Shown: positions 1-13,500 of the stretch, piece by piece | Position numbering within the stretch: the stretch's first letter is position 1 | Layout: the number at the start of each line of letters is the position of its first letter | DNA from: Kudoa neothunni | Taxonomy: Eukaryota; Animalia; Cnidaria | Assembly: GCA_964304625.1 (NCBI GenBank) | Contig: OZ199839.1 | Coordinates: 11,732,535-11,763,507 of the forward strand | DNA length: 30,973 nt | Reading direction: 5' to 3' | Program-made: the position numbers and the translations under genes | Notes under the pieces: model-generated | What the model was told of the DNA's origin: nothing | Databases searched by the model: none | The model's input: the letters and a program-made list of their open reading frames with translations, nothing else

Positions 1-499
1 TGTCAAGGTTACGTTATTTAGATTTGCTGTTAAGTTATTTTAAATTTTTATACTTTAAAGTAAGCTAAATATTCACTCAAAAATTATATAAATTAAAATT
101 ATACATTCAAGATTTCGTCACATATTTAATTCTCTCTTTAAATTTATTATTAAACAACAAAACTACAAAATCCAAAATTTCACCTATGCTCAACTATTCA
201 CATACGTTGTTGTTCACAAAAACATTAACATATCATGTACCTTTACGAATTATGATTTAGTCGTAACTTTATCGGATAATGAGTCCCGTTTTGACTCGTG
301 TATTTCCCAAAAACGACATAAAAAAATTCAAAACATTTAATTTATTATCAGATTTATTTATTTTATTCACATTTGTTTTCCTATTAAAATAGGCGGTTTT
401 TTTGTTTTAATATTATTATAATAAAAAATAATTCCCCGCCTAAAAATAAATCCATTTTAAATCTCTTTTTTGATAAGGGGTGCGGAGTTGTCGTTGTAT

Positions 500-549
500 G
501 CGGTAGGGGATTCGGAAACTAAAATGAATTGGGAAACGCTGCCATAGTT
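500..549 (-). mobile_element. hAT (Buster/Charlie-like) element terminus
   Basis: ...GGGGATTCGGAAACTAAAATGAATTGGGAAACGCTG ends at 541 (reverse complement CAGCGTTTCCCAA). The flanking 8-mer CCATAGTT fits the Buster nnnTAnnn target consensus. Confidence 0.55.
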
Positions 550-746
550 CAATAACCTATAAGAAACTTCCAAAGAGGGAGACCCGTCATCTTAAACATA
601 AAAGTTGAATTTGGAACATAGAACGTTTAGAATTCTTTATACAAAACATTCAAGAGACTGTTATGACCATTGAGCCTACAAAATTTTATAATCAGGGACA
701 TAAAAATACATCGAAATCCAATCACGAGAAATCAAAACTAACCATA

Positions 747-2200
747 ATGAGTGTACCAAAGCGAAAGATCGATTATGAATGTCGTGTTTTTAACAAAGAT
801 TGGGCAAAAAAGTATTTTTTTGTTGATATTGGGACCAAAGCCACATGCCTGATTTGTTATGATACTTGTGCGGTATTCAAGGAGTATAACTTGAAAAGGC
901 ATTTCCAATCTCACCATTCCAATTTCGGTCAAAACCTTACTGCAATTGAACCCAGAAGGAAGGTAGTGGACATAGGGAATAAATTAAAATAACAAGAAGG
1001 TGCGTTTTTAAAGTTCACGTCCATACACGAGGGTGTAACATAGGCAAGTTTCGTATTGGCACACAAGACTGCAAAACATAACAAATCATTTTCTAAAAGC
1101 AGAATTTATTTAGTCTTGTATGATTGATGTTGTGGACATAGTTTTCCCAGAAGTGAAGCCAAATTGGAGTTAATTTCATAGTCAAGGAGAACCATTATTC
1201 GTAGAGTTGATGCGATCGTTTCTAACCTAAAAGAAAAGCTGTTGGATACTGCATCTTCTTTGATATGGTTCTAGATAGCGTTAGGTGAGAGCACATATTT
1301 TCATGATACTGCAAGTTGCTCATTTTTATTCTTGGTATCGATGAAAATTTTCTAATTACAGAAGAGCTCTTGTCGATAAAAAGCCTCAGAGACACTACTA
1401 CCGGACAGGACTTATACGAGAGTGTAATAAATTGAGTGGAGAGATCACAGTTGTGTCTTGATAAACTCGTGAGTACTACATCTAAGGGAGAACCTCCATT
1501 AATTGGAACACATCGAGGACTTTTCAAATTAATGACGGACAGGATCCAACAAATCTTTCCAAAACACGAATTACTTTCGTTCCACTGTATAAATCACCAA
1601 GAAAGTATTTTCAAATCTAAACTGGATATCAGGAATGTCATTATTCTTGTCACAAATGCAGTAAATATGATATGGTCGAACAGGCTGAATCACAGACAGT
1701 GATTCAGCATCACTTGGAAGAAATGGAGTCAGATTTCATTGTTGTTTTGTACCACACAAATGTACGATGGCTTAGTCTTGGAATGGTACTAAAAAGAGTT
1801 TAGGATCTTAAGGATGGAATTTTACTGCTTTTTTTATGTAAAAATCTAACTTGTGATTTCACACAAAAAACTAAAGACAGCGATTGGATGTGTGATTTTG
1901 CTTTTGCGATTGATATTAAGCAAAAAGTTAACGATATAGATAAAAAAATCCAAGATGAAGATGTATTTGCTCACGATTTATACGTTGGGACCAAATCGTT
2001 CGAAACTAAATGAGCATCTTTTGCGAAGCAGCTATCTGATCAAAACTTTATCCATTATCCCTTATTAGTAACCCATTGTGTAAAAACTAACACTTGCTTA
2101 AAAAATACTGTGGGCAGATAATGTTACCTCCAGAGGAATTTAGACGACGATTTTCATATTTTAATACGATTCAGTACCAGTTTGATTTGTTGATACAGTA
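747..2200 (+). pseudogene. Decayed hAT (Buster/SPIN, GTF2IRD2/EPM2AIP1-like) transposase
   Basis: KRKIDYECRVFNKDWAKKYFF..CLIC....AVFKEYNLKRHF (BED-type finger), HCINHQE, YHTNVRWLSLGMVLKRV, DWMCDFAFAIDI. Multiple stops and frameshifts; the 3' end is approximate. Confidence 0.88.
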
Positions 2201-2429
2201 GGTAACTGATTTTCAGTAATCCAATGAGGATCATGGAAAAGCCACTGAAAATGCGACAGTGACGTATTTTCCCTAACATTTAGCGCGCAAAAACGAACAA
2301 ATATACTTTTTTTTTTTAAATAAGTAAATTCATTTCATTTTTACAACCATCTACTTCTATTGAAATTATATGTTAATTTACATTATTTTTAATTATATTT
2401 TTAAATGTGTATGTCGTAATTTTATGATG

Positions 2430-3600
2430 TTAACTCATTACTTCGTCCAGATAATCAATTCCTCTCCATTGTATATTTCTTCCGCATGTTTAAACATTTA
2501 AATAAATCTTTTGATGATATAAATTCTACCACTCTTTCATCTTTAGTTTCAAAATTAGTAGATCCAATAATCAAGGGAGTATGCTCGTCAGAATGTTTTA
2601 ATGTAGGCATATTGACTTCCTTTTTAATAATCTCCGAATTTCCCGCCGAGAATTTTTTATTGCTAAAATTAATATTTGTTTGACGCTCACATTAGGTGGC
2701 TGTAAGAAACCCATATTTTCAGTAACAATTAAATGTAATATCCATTGAACCAACGTCCCATGATTATTTTATTGGGCACAATTTTGTGAGCCCAATCTTG
2801 GTAGGATGTATTTTTTATCAATGCTAACTGCAGAAATATGGCTTTCTATTATATTATTTTTGTAATTTTGTTTGAACAAAAAAAGATTCCGTGGGTTATT
2901 AATTGCAAACCACCAATTGACTTTTTGGTAAGGAATATAAGAGGGATATTGGACAAATGAATTTTGGCAGGGCAAGTGGCGTTATAAAGAAGTATTAAAC
3001 TTTCTTGTACTTCGGTTTGAGTACACTGTCAAAATTAGAAAAATATTTGTTAAATGTTTCTCTAATCATCCATTCTTTCCTGTTTGATTCGTATTTTACT
3101 TGAAATAATTTAGGATTTTTAATACAATGAGGTTTTTGTGATTTCCAATCACAAGAGATGCAATACAACCTTCAGGCATAGATGCATACCGCAAAATAGT
3201 AACTATTATATAGATTTATTTCCCAGTTAAAATTTTTTTCTCTCGACAAAACATAACATTAAAAATAATGGAACTTTATATCGCTAGGAAAATAATGCAG
3301 TTTCTTCAAGATTATAGATACAGTCATCGTTGTTACTTTTGAATTAGTCAATCTATATAGATTATCAAATTTCTACAAAACTTTAGTAAACATAAGCAGC
3401 ATCGTCATGGATAGTGATATTTTTAAAATAAATCGTGATTTATAACGAAGAAATCAATTTATATTTAGTAATTAAGTCCAAAGGTTTTTATAAAAAATAT
3501 TCAAATGCTATCCACGTTGTTCTCATTATCCAACTATCTTAGTTACATTATTTACATTGAATAAAATTAAAATACTTTCTACATTGTTTTTGAAAAATTG
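2430..3600 (-). pseudogene. Decayed Tigger/pogo (CENP-B-like, DDE_1) transposase
   Basis: Minus-strand frames give IYNLEETALF (cf. IYNADETGLF), LVIG..KKPHCIKN..LFQVKYESNRKEWM, NFDSVLKPKYKKV.ILLYNATC, LSNIPLIFL and SWD......NCY.KYGF. Many stops and frameshifts; ends approximate. Not visible in the ORF track. Confidence 0.8.
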
Positions 3601-4241
3601 TTAAATTTTATCAGTGATTTAACTACGCTTTAATGAAGAAATTAATTCCGTAGGCTAATCATATATTTTATGAAAAATATTAGAGTTAAGTTATATCCCA
3701 AAAAATCTAATAATGAAAGTCTACAAAATTTTGTATTATTATATTTTTTTATTTATTTATGTACATTGACCATACATATAGTTTAAAATCAACGAATCTA
3801 CTCAGTTTTAAGGACAACATGCAATCCTGTAATAAAACCAAGATACTAAGAAATTTATATACGTGGATAAAATTTGTAATTATATAATATTCTTGTTTTT
3901 CTGCATTAACTATTAATTCTACGTTTGTTGTTTATTGAATTAACCCTGAATCATTTTTGTTAATAAAAAATAGATAAACTTTGGCATCAACGCTTAATTT
4001 CATTCTACTTCTTTAAAATAAAAACAATCAAATAATGACAATACACTTCGATTTTAAGATATTGTCAAATTTCATGATGACAAGAAATTAGTGCTCAATA
4101 TCCATTTTCTAGTATTCGTAAAAAAAAATCTTAAATAAATAATCCCAAATGTTTCCTTAATAGCTTAAAAGACTTATGAGATAGAACTGCACTTTATAAA
4201 ACCATAAAATAATGACACACAACGAAAAATGCGCAATATCC

Positions 4242-4500
4242 ACCTACGCCAGTGTTTCCCTACGAGGAGTGCGAAGAGCCATCATTGGGGTGAGGGAGTC
4301 ATTCAAGAATAAATGTAAAAATCAATCAGTTTTATTCACATCGTAATTTTCGTTTGTTCCCGTTTAAATCACGAAAGGACGTAATGCGTACAATAATATT
4401 TCTGATTGTTTTGATATCAATCAAATTCGATTCAACAATGGGATTTGATAATTTATAATTTATTCTGTTCGATTGTACGAAATAGCGCCGCAGTAAGGTA
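4242..4500. mobile_element. hAT (Buster-like) terminus with possible decayed transposase C-terminus
   Basis: CAGTGTTTCCC starts at 4250, preceded by ACCTACGC (nnnTAnnn). A minus-strand SNLIDIKT resembles the hAT dimerization motif FSxLxxIKT (weak). Confidence 0.45.
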
Positions 4501-5250
4501 ATAATTTATATTAAGTCTATTCAGCGGGCAGAATCTATCAATCTTTTCATGCAAAATCGTAACTTTGTTATCTTTCATAATAACATATTTATATTCTTCA
4601 GCTGTAATTAGGTTGTCATTACTTTAATCTACATAGAAATAATCTATATCCATGTAAATCCAACCACTCTGTGGTTTAAACATTGTCTTATAACTAAAAT
4701 TCTTATCAAAGGCTAGGTACAAATTCGAGCATAAGACTTAAAATGCAACATAATAGAGCATATACAATTCAATGATGTATCTCAAATTTAGACATATTTT
4801 CTTGAATAATGTTGGTACAACAAAAATCCGAGCATTCATTTGTACATATAAATAAATGAATATGAATTTTAACAGAATAATCAGTTTTTTTTCAGTTACA
4901 TTAAGAAGGCATCTGTTTTGGATTCTCGGAATTTTTCTTAGCCCCTTGACTCTATGTTTAAATTAAAATGACTAAATGTAGAAAAAAGGAATTCGATAGG
5001 TTTTTCCGCAAAAGATGGTATATGAAAAAAGCTTATCAACTTCATTATATAAAAATACTAAGTAGCGGAAATCATTAAATCCCGAAAACGATTTTCATGT
5101 TTCATATTCCGACAAAGTGTCCTGCTTTAAATTACTTATAAAAACCCAACGTAAGCAAGAGAACCGCCGGATCAAATAAATACTAAATAAAAATTGATTT
5201 TGAAATAATGTTTCTTGTGAACTGTACGAATTTGCTATTTTTATTGGCAG

Positions 5251-7619
5251 TGGCTATTTGCATGAATTCATTTAATCCCCTCTCGGAACTGGCTATACGA
5301 ATGGATGGGAATATCTCCTAGAATACGTGAGATATTAAAAAATTTGATTTCACAATTACAATAAGCTATATTTATCCTAAAAAAATATAAAATTTTTGAA
5401 TGTTTTTAAATGGAGAATTTGTCAATTAAAATCACACTTTAACCATGTCTTATGTAACAAAATCGTATTTTTCCCCCATTTAATAACGTTATTAAATGCT
5501 TATACACAATAAGTTAGTTAATTAGGTTCTATGGTCTGAAATAAAATTGATTATTGCCATGTTAGACGTTGCGCACACAAACCATTGGTTTTTTGCTTCG
5601 CATGGTCTCACAATTTTAATAATTGTCATACGTTGAGCGTTAATTCTCGTTTGATCTATGTTGTACCATAAAATTCACAGATTTTATTATTATGCGAAAT
5701 AATTTTATAAGTTAAACTATTTGGTTACGTTGAATCTGTGCGGTGAATTTAAAATGTGAATCTCTGTGAATACCCTTTTTGAGAACTGTACTAATTGACT
5801 CATGTTTCACTTAAATTGAAATATACTAGATGTATCTTTTTTTATTTCTAGCGCATCTTTCTTCATAACGACTACACAAGATTCGTTTAGCTTGAATCAT
5901 AACATGTGCATGTATCGTATAATGAATCTGAAAATTGATCAAATGGTTATAAAAATAATTAGTTGATGTTTCCTCTTGGCTGAAGACATAAATATGAACA
6001 ACAATAACAGATAAATATCAATGCCTCAGAAAGTGTTTTAAGATGACGTTTGAATCTGCTTCCTTTTGATATTGTTGGGGTCTCGAGCCTTCCACAAATT
6101 GGCGTCAAAACGGAATCCCCGTTGCGGCCGTTGAGGTAAGAATTGAAAACCATTTCCTTCATTATTCAACGATTATTTGGTCCCTGTTGCTTCATGAATC
6201 ACAACTCTTACACTATCCCTTCGATTTGGTGAAGAAACGTGGGACCAATACTCCCCTCAACATCGATCACATCATGAAATATTCCTACCGTCGGAAGCGT
6301 CGGTACAAATTATCAAAATGAAGGCCGGACAATATTGGGATGTAGAGCCCCTCACCCCATTTAAACATATTCTTAATATTTTCACCATCATACTCTCTCG
6401 TGTTATTTTTCAATTCACTCCGTGTGTTCTTTGGCATTTGGCGTGTATACAACAGATATGTAGGTTTCACTCCTGTCGAATATTCCACGCGAAGATAACA
6501 TGTAAGAATATGGAACAAATTCAGAGAAATAGAGGTATATTATGAAAGCTTCGATTAAATAGTTTGTAATATTAGCAACGATCAAGTTGTTAGCATAGGT
6601 GATGAATTATGTGGGCAGGGATTTTACAATCTCGATATTTATTTTGATAAAAGATGGAAACTAATCATAAGTGAATGGATCGTTGGCTAAGTTATGCTGA
6701 AATTTATTTTTAACATTGCACAAATGATAGATTGTAATCGACAAATGAAATATTGAAAGCATTGTTAAAGATTTTCAACTCTCCTAGAATTCTTCATAAC
6801 GTTCTGTTACCTGTAATCCATCAGAATTGAAAGAAAAAAATATAATCATTACCAAATATTTACAGTCATATGATACAATAAGTAACAACGAAACTTCCCA
6901 GCAATATTATACTCTCCTGGCACTTTACTGATCTAATATTATTATAGAGGAAATATCCAAAATAAAAGTTATAAGAAGGAGGAAAACGAGTACATCCTCT
7001 GCTATTGGGCTCCCAAAAAAATTATCAAGATTTGAATTAAATCTGTTGAACATAAAATTTTGATTTATCATTGATTTAAAAAATTCGTCGCTCAATAAAT
7101 TCAATAAAACTAGTATTTTAAGAAATCGATAAAATTATTTTCAAGCTAAAGAGCATAGAATTAAAACACTAAAAAGATACTAACAACCGACCGGTAAAAC
7201 ATCGTTTCATTAAAAAAATAAGAGGAATTTTGGTAGCTACATTTTTTTCTATTATTTTTAGCCATTGGAATTAAGTGTGAAAATTTGTCTCGTACCCATG
7301 CCTCATTCGAGTTTGTAACGTATGATTTGGCAAATAATTTGAATTAATTGAACCGAATAACGTAAATAAACTTTGAATACTATTATTAACTCAAGAAAAA
7401 TACGATTTATATGCGTAAGAGATGGTTAAATTATGATTTTAATGGATAAATCCTCCATTTAAAATCATTAAGATAATTTTATAAAATTTTTTAGTAAAAA
7501 TATAGCCTATCGTAATTATGAAATCAAATTTTTAATATCTCACATATTCTAGGAGATATTCCTATCTAAAAAAATAGCCAATCCCGAGAGAGGATTAAAT
7601 GGATTCATGCAAATAGCCA
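5251..7619. mobile_element. ~2.4-kb element bounded by ~225-bp imperfect inverted repeats (5251-5473 / 7395-7619)
   Basis: Left arm TGGCTATTTGCATGAATTCATTTAATCCCCTCTCGG...GGAATATCTCCTAGAATACGTGAGATATTAAAAAATTTGATTTCAC aligns with the reverse complement of 7395-7619, at roughly 80% identity by eye. Confidence 0.8.
6050..6520 (-). mobile_element. Highly decayed Ty3/Gypsy pol fragment (RT connection/RNase H)
   Basis: Minus-strand pieces occur in the expected order: YSTGVKP (cf. FSxIAKP), ENIKN, HPN..RP, FILIICTDASD (cf. PFILxTDASD), FNSYLNGR (cf. FRxYLxGR). Frameshifted. Confidence 0.45.
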
Positions 7620-8089
7620 TATACATTTTAATTTGGCTCATTTAACTTTCATCTTTAAGTACAGAACCTATTTAAGTGAAAATCCTTTTCATAGTTTAAT
7701 ATTATGTTTGTATTCATTTTATACGTCTGATATTTTGGAATAATTATAATAACATAATTTATTAGAATTTTTTATTACTTTACATATTAATGGTATATAT
7801 AAGCAGGAATGATTAATAGCTCCAATCATTGAGTGTTAAATCATGAGGAGTGGAAAGATAATGTTCATCCTTTTTCAATTATACATAGCAAATTTATTTA
7901 ACCAAAATATTTTGATTTTAATATATTTTAGAAGTAAATGGGGAAATTTGAAGTTAAAATATAACATAAAATAGTAAAAATTTTAATTAAGACATTTTTC
8001 ATCGGTATTATTATTTTCATATTTAAATAAAATCTATAATTGAGTCTTGACATTCTCATAGAGGAGGGGGTGCTAAGTTAACGTGGAAA

Positions 8090-8139
8090 TTAGGATGGGG
8101 GTACGAATGTAAAATTTGTAAGGAAACTCTGATTTATAG
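8090..8139 (-). mobile_element. hAT (Buster/Charlie-like) element terminus
   Basis: GGGGGTACGAATGTAAAATTTGTAAGGAAACTCTG ends at 8131 with the same layout as the terminus at 541. The flank ATTTATAG fits nnnTAnnn. Confidence 0.45.
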
Positions 8140-10472
8140 CATTGTATCCTACTTAGTATGGTTCGTGCAATCTTAGAAATTACGAACGAGTGGTCACCCA
8201 TTGTTTTCATTTGAAAGTTTTGAACTTTTTGAGAGAAATGAATTAATACTTCTCATCAATTCGTTAACACATTAGTTCATTGTTAGACATATATTTAAAT
8301 GACTCTATATCGAAACTTATTGACCTTAAGATGTTACAGTTTGCGCCGACGTAGTACCAAAAGCACTAATGCCTTTATTTTTGGCGAAAACGTACCATCT
8401 CGGGGTCACCCTGATTGAAGTTATCAATAAATGGTATCAATACAATAAAGTGAAAATTTTATATTATCAATTGTCGCAAATGAATGAGTTTTCATCGAAA
8501 AGTTAAACATTAGATTTTTGAAATCAATTCTCTAAAAAAATTTTAACAGAGATATCGACTTCCCTATCAATAGCCAATGCCTAAAATATATGCAAAATTG
8601 TTAAATTAATGAAGAATTGATTGCGAATATCACAACCGGATGGAATAAAGACTCTTATCTTATAACTGGACCTTCAAATTTTATTAAAACCCCCTTTAAA
8701 CCTAGCTTAGAGCGATAAGATTCAACTCACACATTGAAGTTTTGTTATATCAAATTATTTAGAATATTTTTGGTGATATTGATGGGCCACAAAGCCGGTT
8801 TGAGGAAGGAGTGTATAAAAATGTGTCGGAGAGGGGGTTAATAATTTGAACAATAAAAATTAATCGTCGCAAGTTATCAATGAGTTATACATTTTTGTTT
8901 TTCTATTGATCACCCTAAAATTATCTGAATTTTAACTGCGCTTATCACAGTCGTTCAAAGTATGATGTTTTTAGAAATATCTATTTTATTTCATCTTTAG
9001 ATTAGTTCAAAGGATTCATATTTTGATTTAATTTTTAAAAATATTTAAAAAATAATATTTCTAACCCCGTGCAAAGCTGGGAAGTTGGCGCTACTGATGG
9101 GGTACAAATAAAAGATTGATCCAATAAATAGTCATATTTGCAACGAATTTCTTTACCGTCATAACTACGTTGAGATTACGTTTAGAAAATAAGTTTTTCT
9201 TCTATTCTTCTCTTTATTATATTCATTGTGGTTCATTCAATGGTTTTTTAGATGACGGAATCATTTCTGAGGTTTATATAAAGCTATGAGTTTAAAGTGG
9301 TCTTTTATAAATTGAATGTAAATTAGGTCAAATATATCTTTGTTGTCGCTGTTATATACTTTAAAACAAACGTCAAATTGATTCAAAATTGTAATAACAC
9401 TTAATAAATCGTAATGAGTAAGTTACAAATAGTGGAAAAACACAGAGATTAATGAATATTTCATCAACTTCTTTAAACCTATAATCAGTTGTCATTATTA
9501 TTTGTGTTATTCTCGTATATTTAAAAAGAAATTAATAACTAATGAGATTGTTTGTGTTTTTATCAATTTCTTCTATAATTTTTCCATTTAATTATTACTT
9601 TGAGTAAACGTTAATCCATGAGTTATCGAAGAAAGTTGTTTAGAGAGTTCAGAGGGTTTAACCGAGCGTTATCAAGTTTTCGTTAACCAATCTTTTATTC
9701 AAAACCAATTCACAGTATATAATTATATATTCTTTAATTCATATATCACAATTATATGAAAACATTATAATTTAGAATATAAAAATAACGGTTTTATATT
9801 TACTTCTACACTTACATACACATATTATAATGGTGATAGAAATAACGAGAGAAGAAATAATATGTAGAATGAATCATACTTCACCCATATTTTTTAAGGG
9901 GTTTATTATTATATAATGGCATCAACTATGAATAAAGTCTATATACATATAATCAAACAACTTGGGATCCTTGGTTTCTTTAAACTTAAAATGTTTTATT
10001 CAAAGTTAATAACGGTTGATTCACATACGGAAATAACTTTTAATGTCGATTCAAACAATTAATATGATTATGTCGGTGTGAAAGTATTGTTTGTTGAATT
10101 ATATATGATTGGACGGTTGAATTATGGTAATTCATATATGTTATTAAAAGTTTTTTAAAAGAACAAATTTACATGTATATTAAATTAATATATCTTAGGG
10201 TTCCGTCAATAAAAATAAATACTAATTCAAATTAAATAATTGTTTAAATGATAATTTGGTCATAAATTTAAGCTTTTTTTAATTAATAAATAATTTAATC
10301 AATTAAGTGATATACTTTAATAGTAAAATAAGTAAATTCTTTCTGGTTTGAGATAAATATATTTCATGGATCATAAAGATTATAGTAAGAAATCATTACC
10401 GAGTCATAATCGAAAACCTAGTAAATTCCCAATTCATCTATAGAATAATTAATTCATTATCTTAACACAAGA

Positions 10473-10533
10473 ATGATGTGGAAAAATATTTCTTTTACCG
10501 TTTTAATATTTATCACTTTAGCTTCAATAACTG
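10473..10533 (+). other. Exon 1: N-terminal signal peptide MMWKNISFTVLIFITLASIT
   Basis: ATG at 10473, a basic residue then a hydrophobic core and small residues. Phase-1 donor GTAACA at 10534 and acceptor AG at 10590 put it in frame with the ORF at 10599. Confidence 0.8.
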
Positions 10534-13500
10534 GTAACAATTCTTAATTGGATAAATTTTAATACATTTTTTGGTGTCATGATTACATAGCGAATAACTT
10601 GGACGAATGTAATATTCACTATGCATATAAGTCTAATTTGGATGTGTTGGACGTGTGGCTGAACATTCCAGGACAACAAAAATATATCGAAATAAGCTGG
10701 AAGTTGGTAAATTCAATAAATAGAACTCCAATTCGTATGTCTCGGAAAAGTTTGATTAAATGTGAAAGTAACGGTGTTTGTCCAATGTCAATTTACGACC
10801 TGAGTAGATTAACACCGTACCTATTTTTCGTTGAAACAAACGTGTGTTTACAAAAAGAGCCGCTAAAAATATTTCGAAGTACGTAACCATATATTAATCT
10901 TAATTTAAATAAAATTAAATTTGACTATTTTTAGGTGAATTAAACATTGATATTGATTATAGTATAAATGAAGACTCAAAAGTCGTACTTCAAAGTGAAA
11001 TCTTTCATCACAAAAGATATATGTGCCACATTGAAGTAGATAAAATAATTAAAAATGGGAAAACTAGTTATGCGCCTCTATCTATTTATAACTATTGTGA
11101 TGAACCATCGTATGAAATGTCAAAGAATGTGAATAGTGTTATATTGACCATAATAATAAAGGGCATGATCTACCCCATTAAACTTAAAATTAACAGTGAG
11201 CCAATAAAAATTTCGATGGTGTTTCTAAATTATTTTAGATAAAATGTTGAAAGAGAATCCTTATTTATATGATCAGACAGACGACAATAAAATCTATATA
11301 TATTTTAATAATGATGTTATCGAAAATTACGATTTATATTTGATTAATCATTTCTACATTAATGAAGAAACATCTTTAGTATATCAAATAGAAACAAAAT
11401 GTGGAAAAAATACTGAATCTTATCAGGAAGGAGAATTTGTATGTGATTATTCTTACGGTTTGTCAGAGTTTCTGAGATTGGAGAATAATGGAAACAAAAG
11501 AAGTTTTCTAATACACACACATAAACGTGAGAAAATTATGATAATTTTTAATAAAATTGAATTTAGGTAATGATGATGATATAACTCTGATTAATGACTT
11601 TGGTCAGTTCAAAATAATTATTCGTGATTCAAATTTTGATCAAAATAATATTCAATACACATTGGATAGATTTAATGGAAATAAAATAGAGAAAAGATTT
11701 GATTGCCGAAAAGAAAACAGGAATGGTTGCATTGGATTTATCATTGATAATGCTATTATTTTTGAAAAGGAATTTTCAAAAACGTACAGAATAAAACTGT
11801 TATATGAAAAAAAAGTTTTTGAAGAATTAATCCAATGGAAAACTACATTAATTAAATTTTATCATTCAATTGGATCGAAAAATATTCATGTTTGGTCGAA
11901 TATACCAGAAGAATACAACCTGAGTTGTTTATACACATTGACCAGGGTTGATACTTTATGGGATGGCTATCACGTGGCGGGAACATACGATTCGTATGGC
12001 CCACATTCTCATATTGGCTATAAATCATGCCAAAATTACACAATTGACCTTTCGTCTATCACTCCCAAAACGTTGCATATATATATACCTCAGCTGAATT
12101 ATGTGGATTCCATAAGAAATATATATGAAAAATATAAATTCCGAATTTCGAAATCCAATGATGATCTCAAAATAGCAACAGTTTTCAAGAAAGAACATTG
12201 TAATATAAAATATGTTGACTTAAAGAAAAAACTAGAATACATGTATTCCAACAAAAATATATTCAGTCATAGTGATGATGCATATACCTGTGAATCTAAA
12301 TATTCGTATCCATCAGATATTGATAAAAGAAATATTATTGGAATTTATTTAAAATCACTTGAAACAGACAGCGTCTTCTACGTTGATCTACTTTACGGTA
12401 ATAAATAAAGAAAATTTATAATTCCACATTAAAACATATATTAGACGACGAAAACTTCGACATACAAATTAATCAGCCAGTTTCTGGCCAACTGAGCCTT
12501 GAATTTACAAAACCAATGGCTATTAATTCATTAGAGTATATAAAGATATTTCAAGTGGATGGTCTTAAAAATGACTTGCAATTATTTTACAAGGAATATA
12601 ATTCGATAAGCCATGACACAGAAAAATTATCTCAATTAGAATTGGGAGTATTATTAGCTAAAGTTGTCTATCTAGAGGTAAAAGTTAAATCAGGTCCCAT
12701 TTTTAACAAAATTCTATCATTGCGTAAGAAAAATTTGGTTGATGTATTTATATTAAATCTTATTTTAGCTGATATTTCAGTGGATCCTTATGTAAAAGTT
12801 AATGAAAGAAATGTTGAAATTATTCCTCTGAATGCCGTAAATGTTGAAGGAGAATGTAAATTGGTGTTAAGTTCTTACAATGGATCTGACGAATATACAA
12901 CGTCAAAATTAGCTTATATCCATAAATGCAACGAAAAACTAGTTATTGAGAATTTAAAGGAGAGAAATGATATTTCTATCTACAAAGACAATCGACCGAT
13001 TGTTAGACAATCCTTTACTTTATGTATGATTATATTATTCCATTAAGAAAGTTCAAAATAAATATTTGAAATATAATAATTACTTTAAATATTTACTGAA
13101 ATATAAAATATTAATTACACAATTAAATTTTCGTATTATTTATAATATTTGAATTACGTCTTATAATTGATTATTTAAAATTATAAATATAATTAATTAA
13201 AAATTATAATTTTGATGAATTGTAGATAACAACAATTTAATAACTGGAATGGAATACTATAACAATACAATTTTGATTCGTCACAAAAAACAAGGAAATG
13301 AAGTCTCAAAATGCACGATCGAGGTTAAAGAGACTAATACGAACGGAAAAACATTATTCAAAAAATGTCATCCTGTTACAGATTCCTGTAATGCAATTGA
13401 AGATTGTGATAACATTACCATTGATATGGTATATAATAAAAATTTTCATCTTAAACTTTCCGTCAACGAAGATGTGGAAGAGATGACTGTACAAGAAAGT

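Noticed and set aside
4250-8131. One large hAT element spanning the two facing termini
   Set aside because: The flanking 8-mers differ (ACCTACGC versus ATTTATAG) and the TIRs match only loosely.
10200-10472. Promoter/TATA elements upstream of exon 1
   Set aside because: Indistinguishable from background in DNA this AT-rich.
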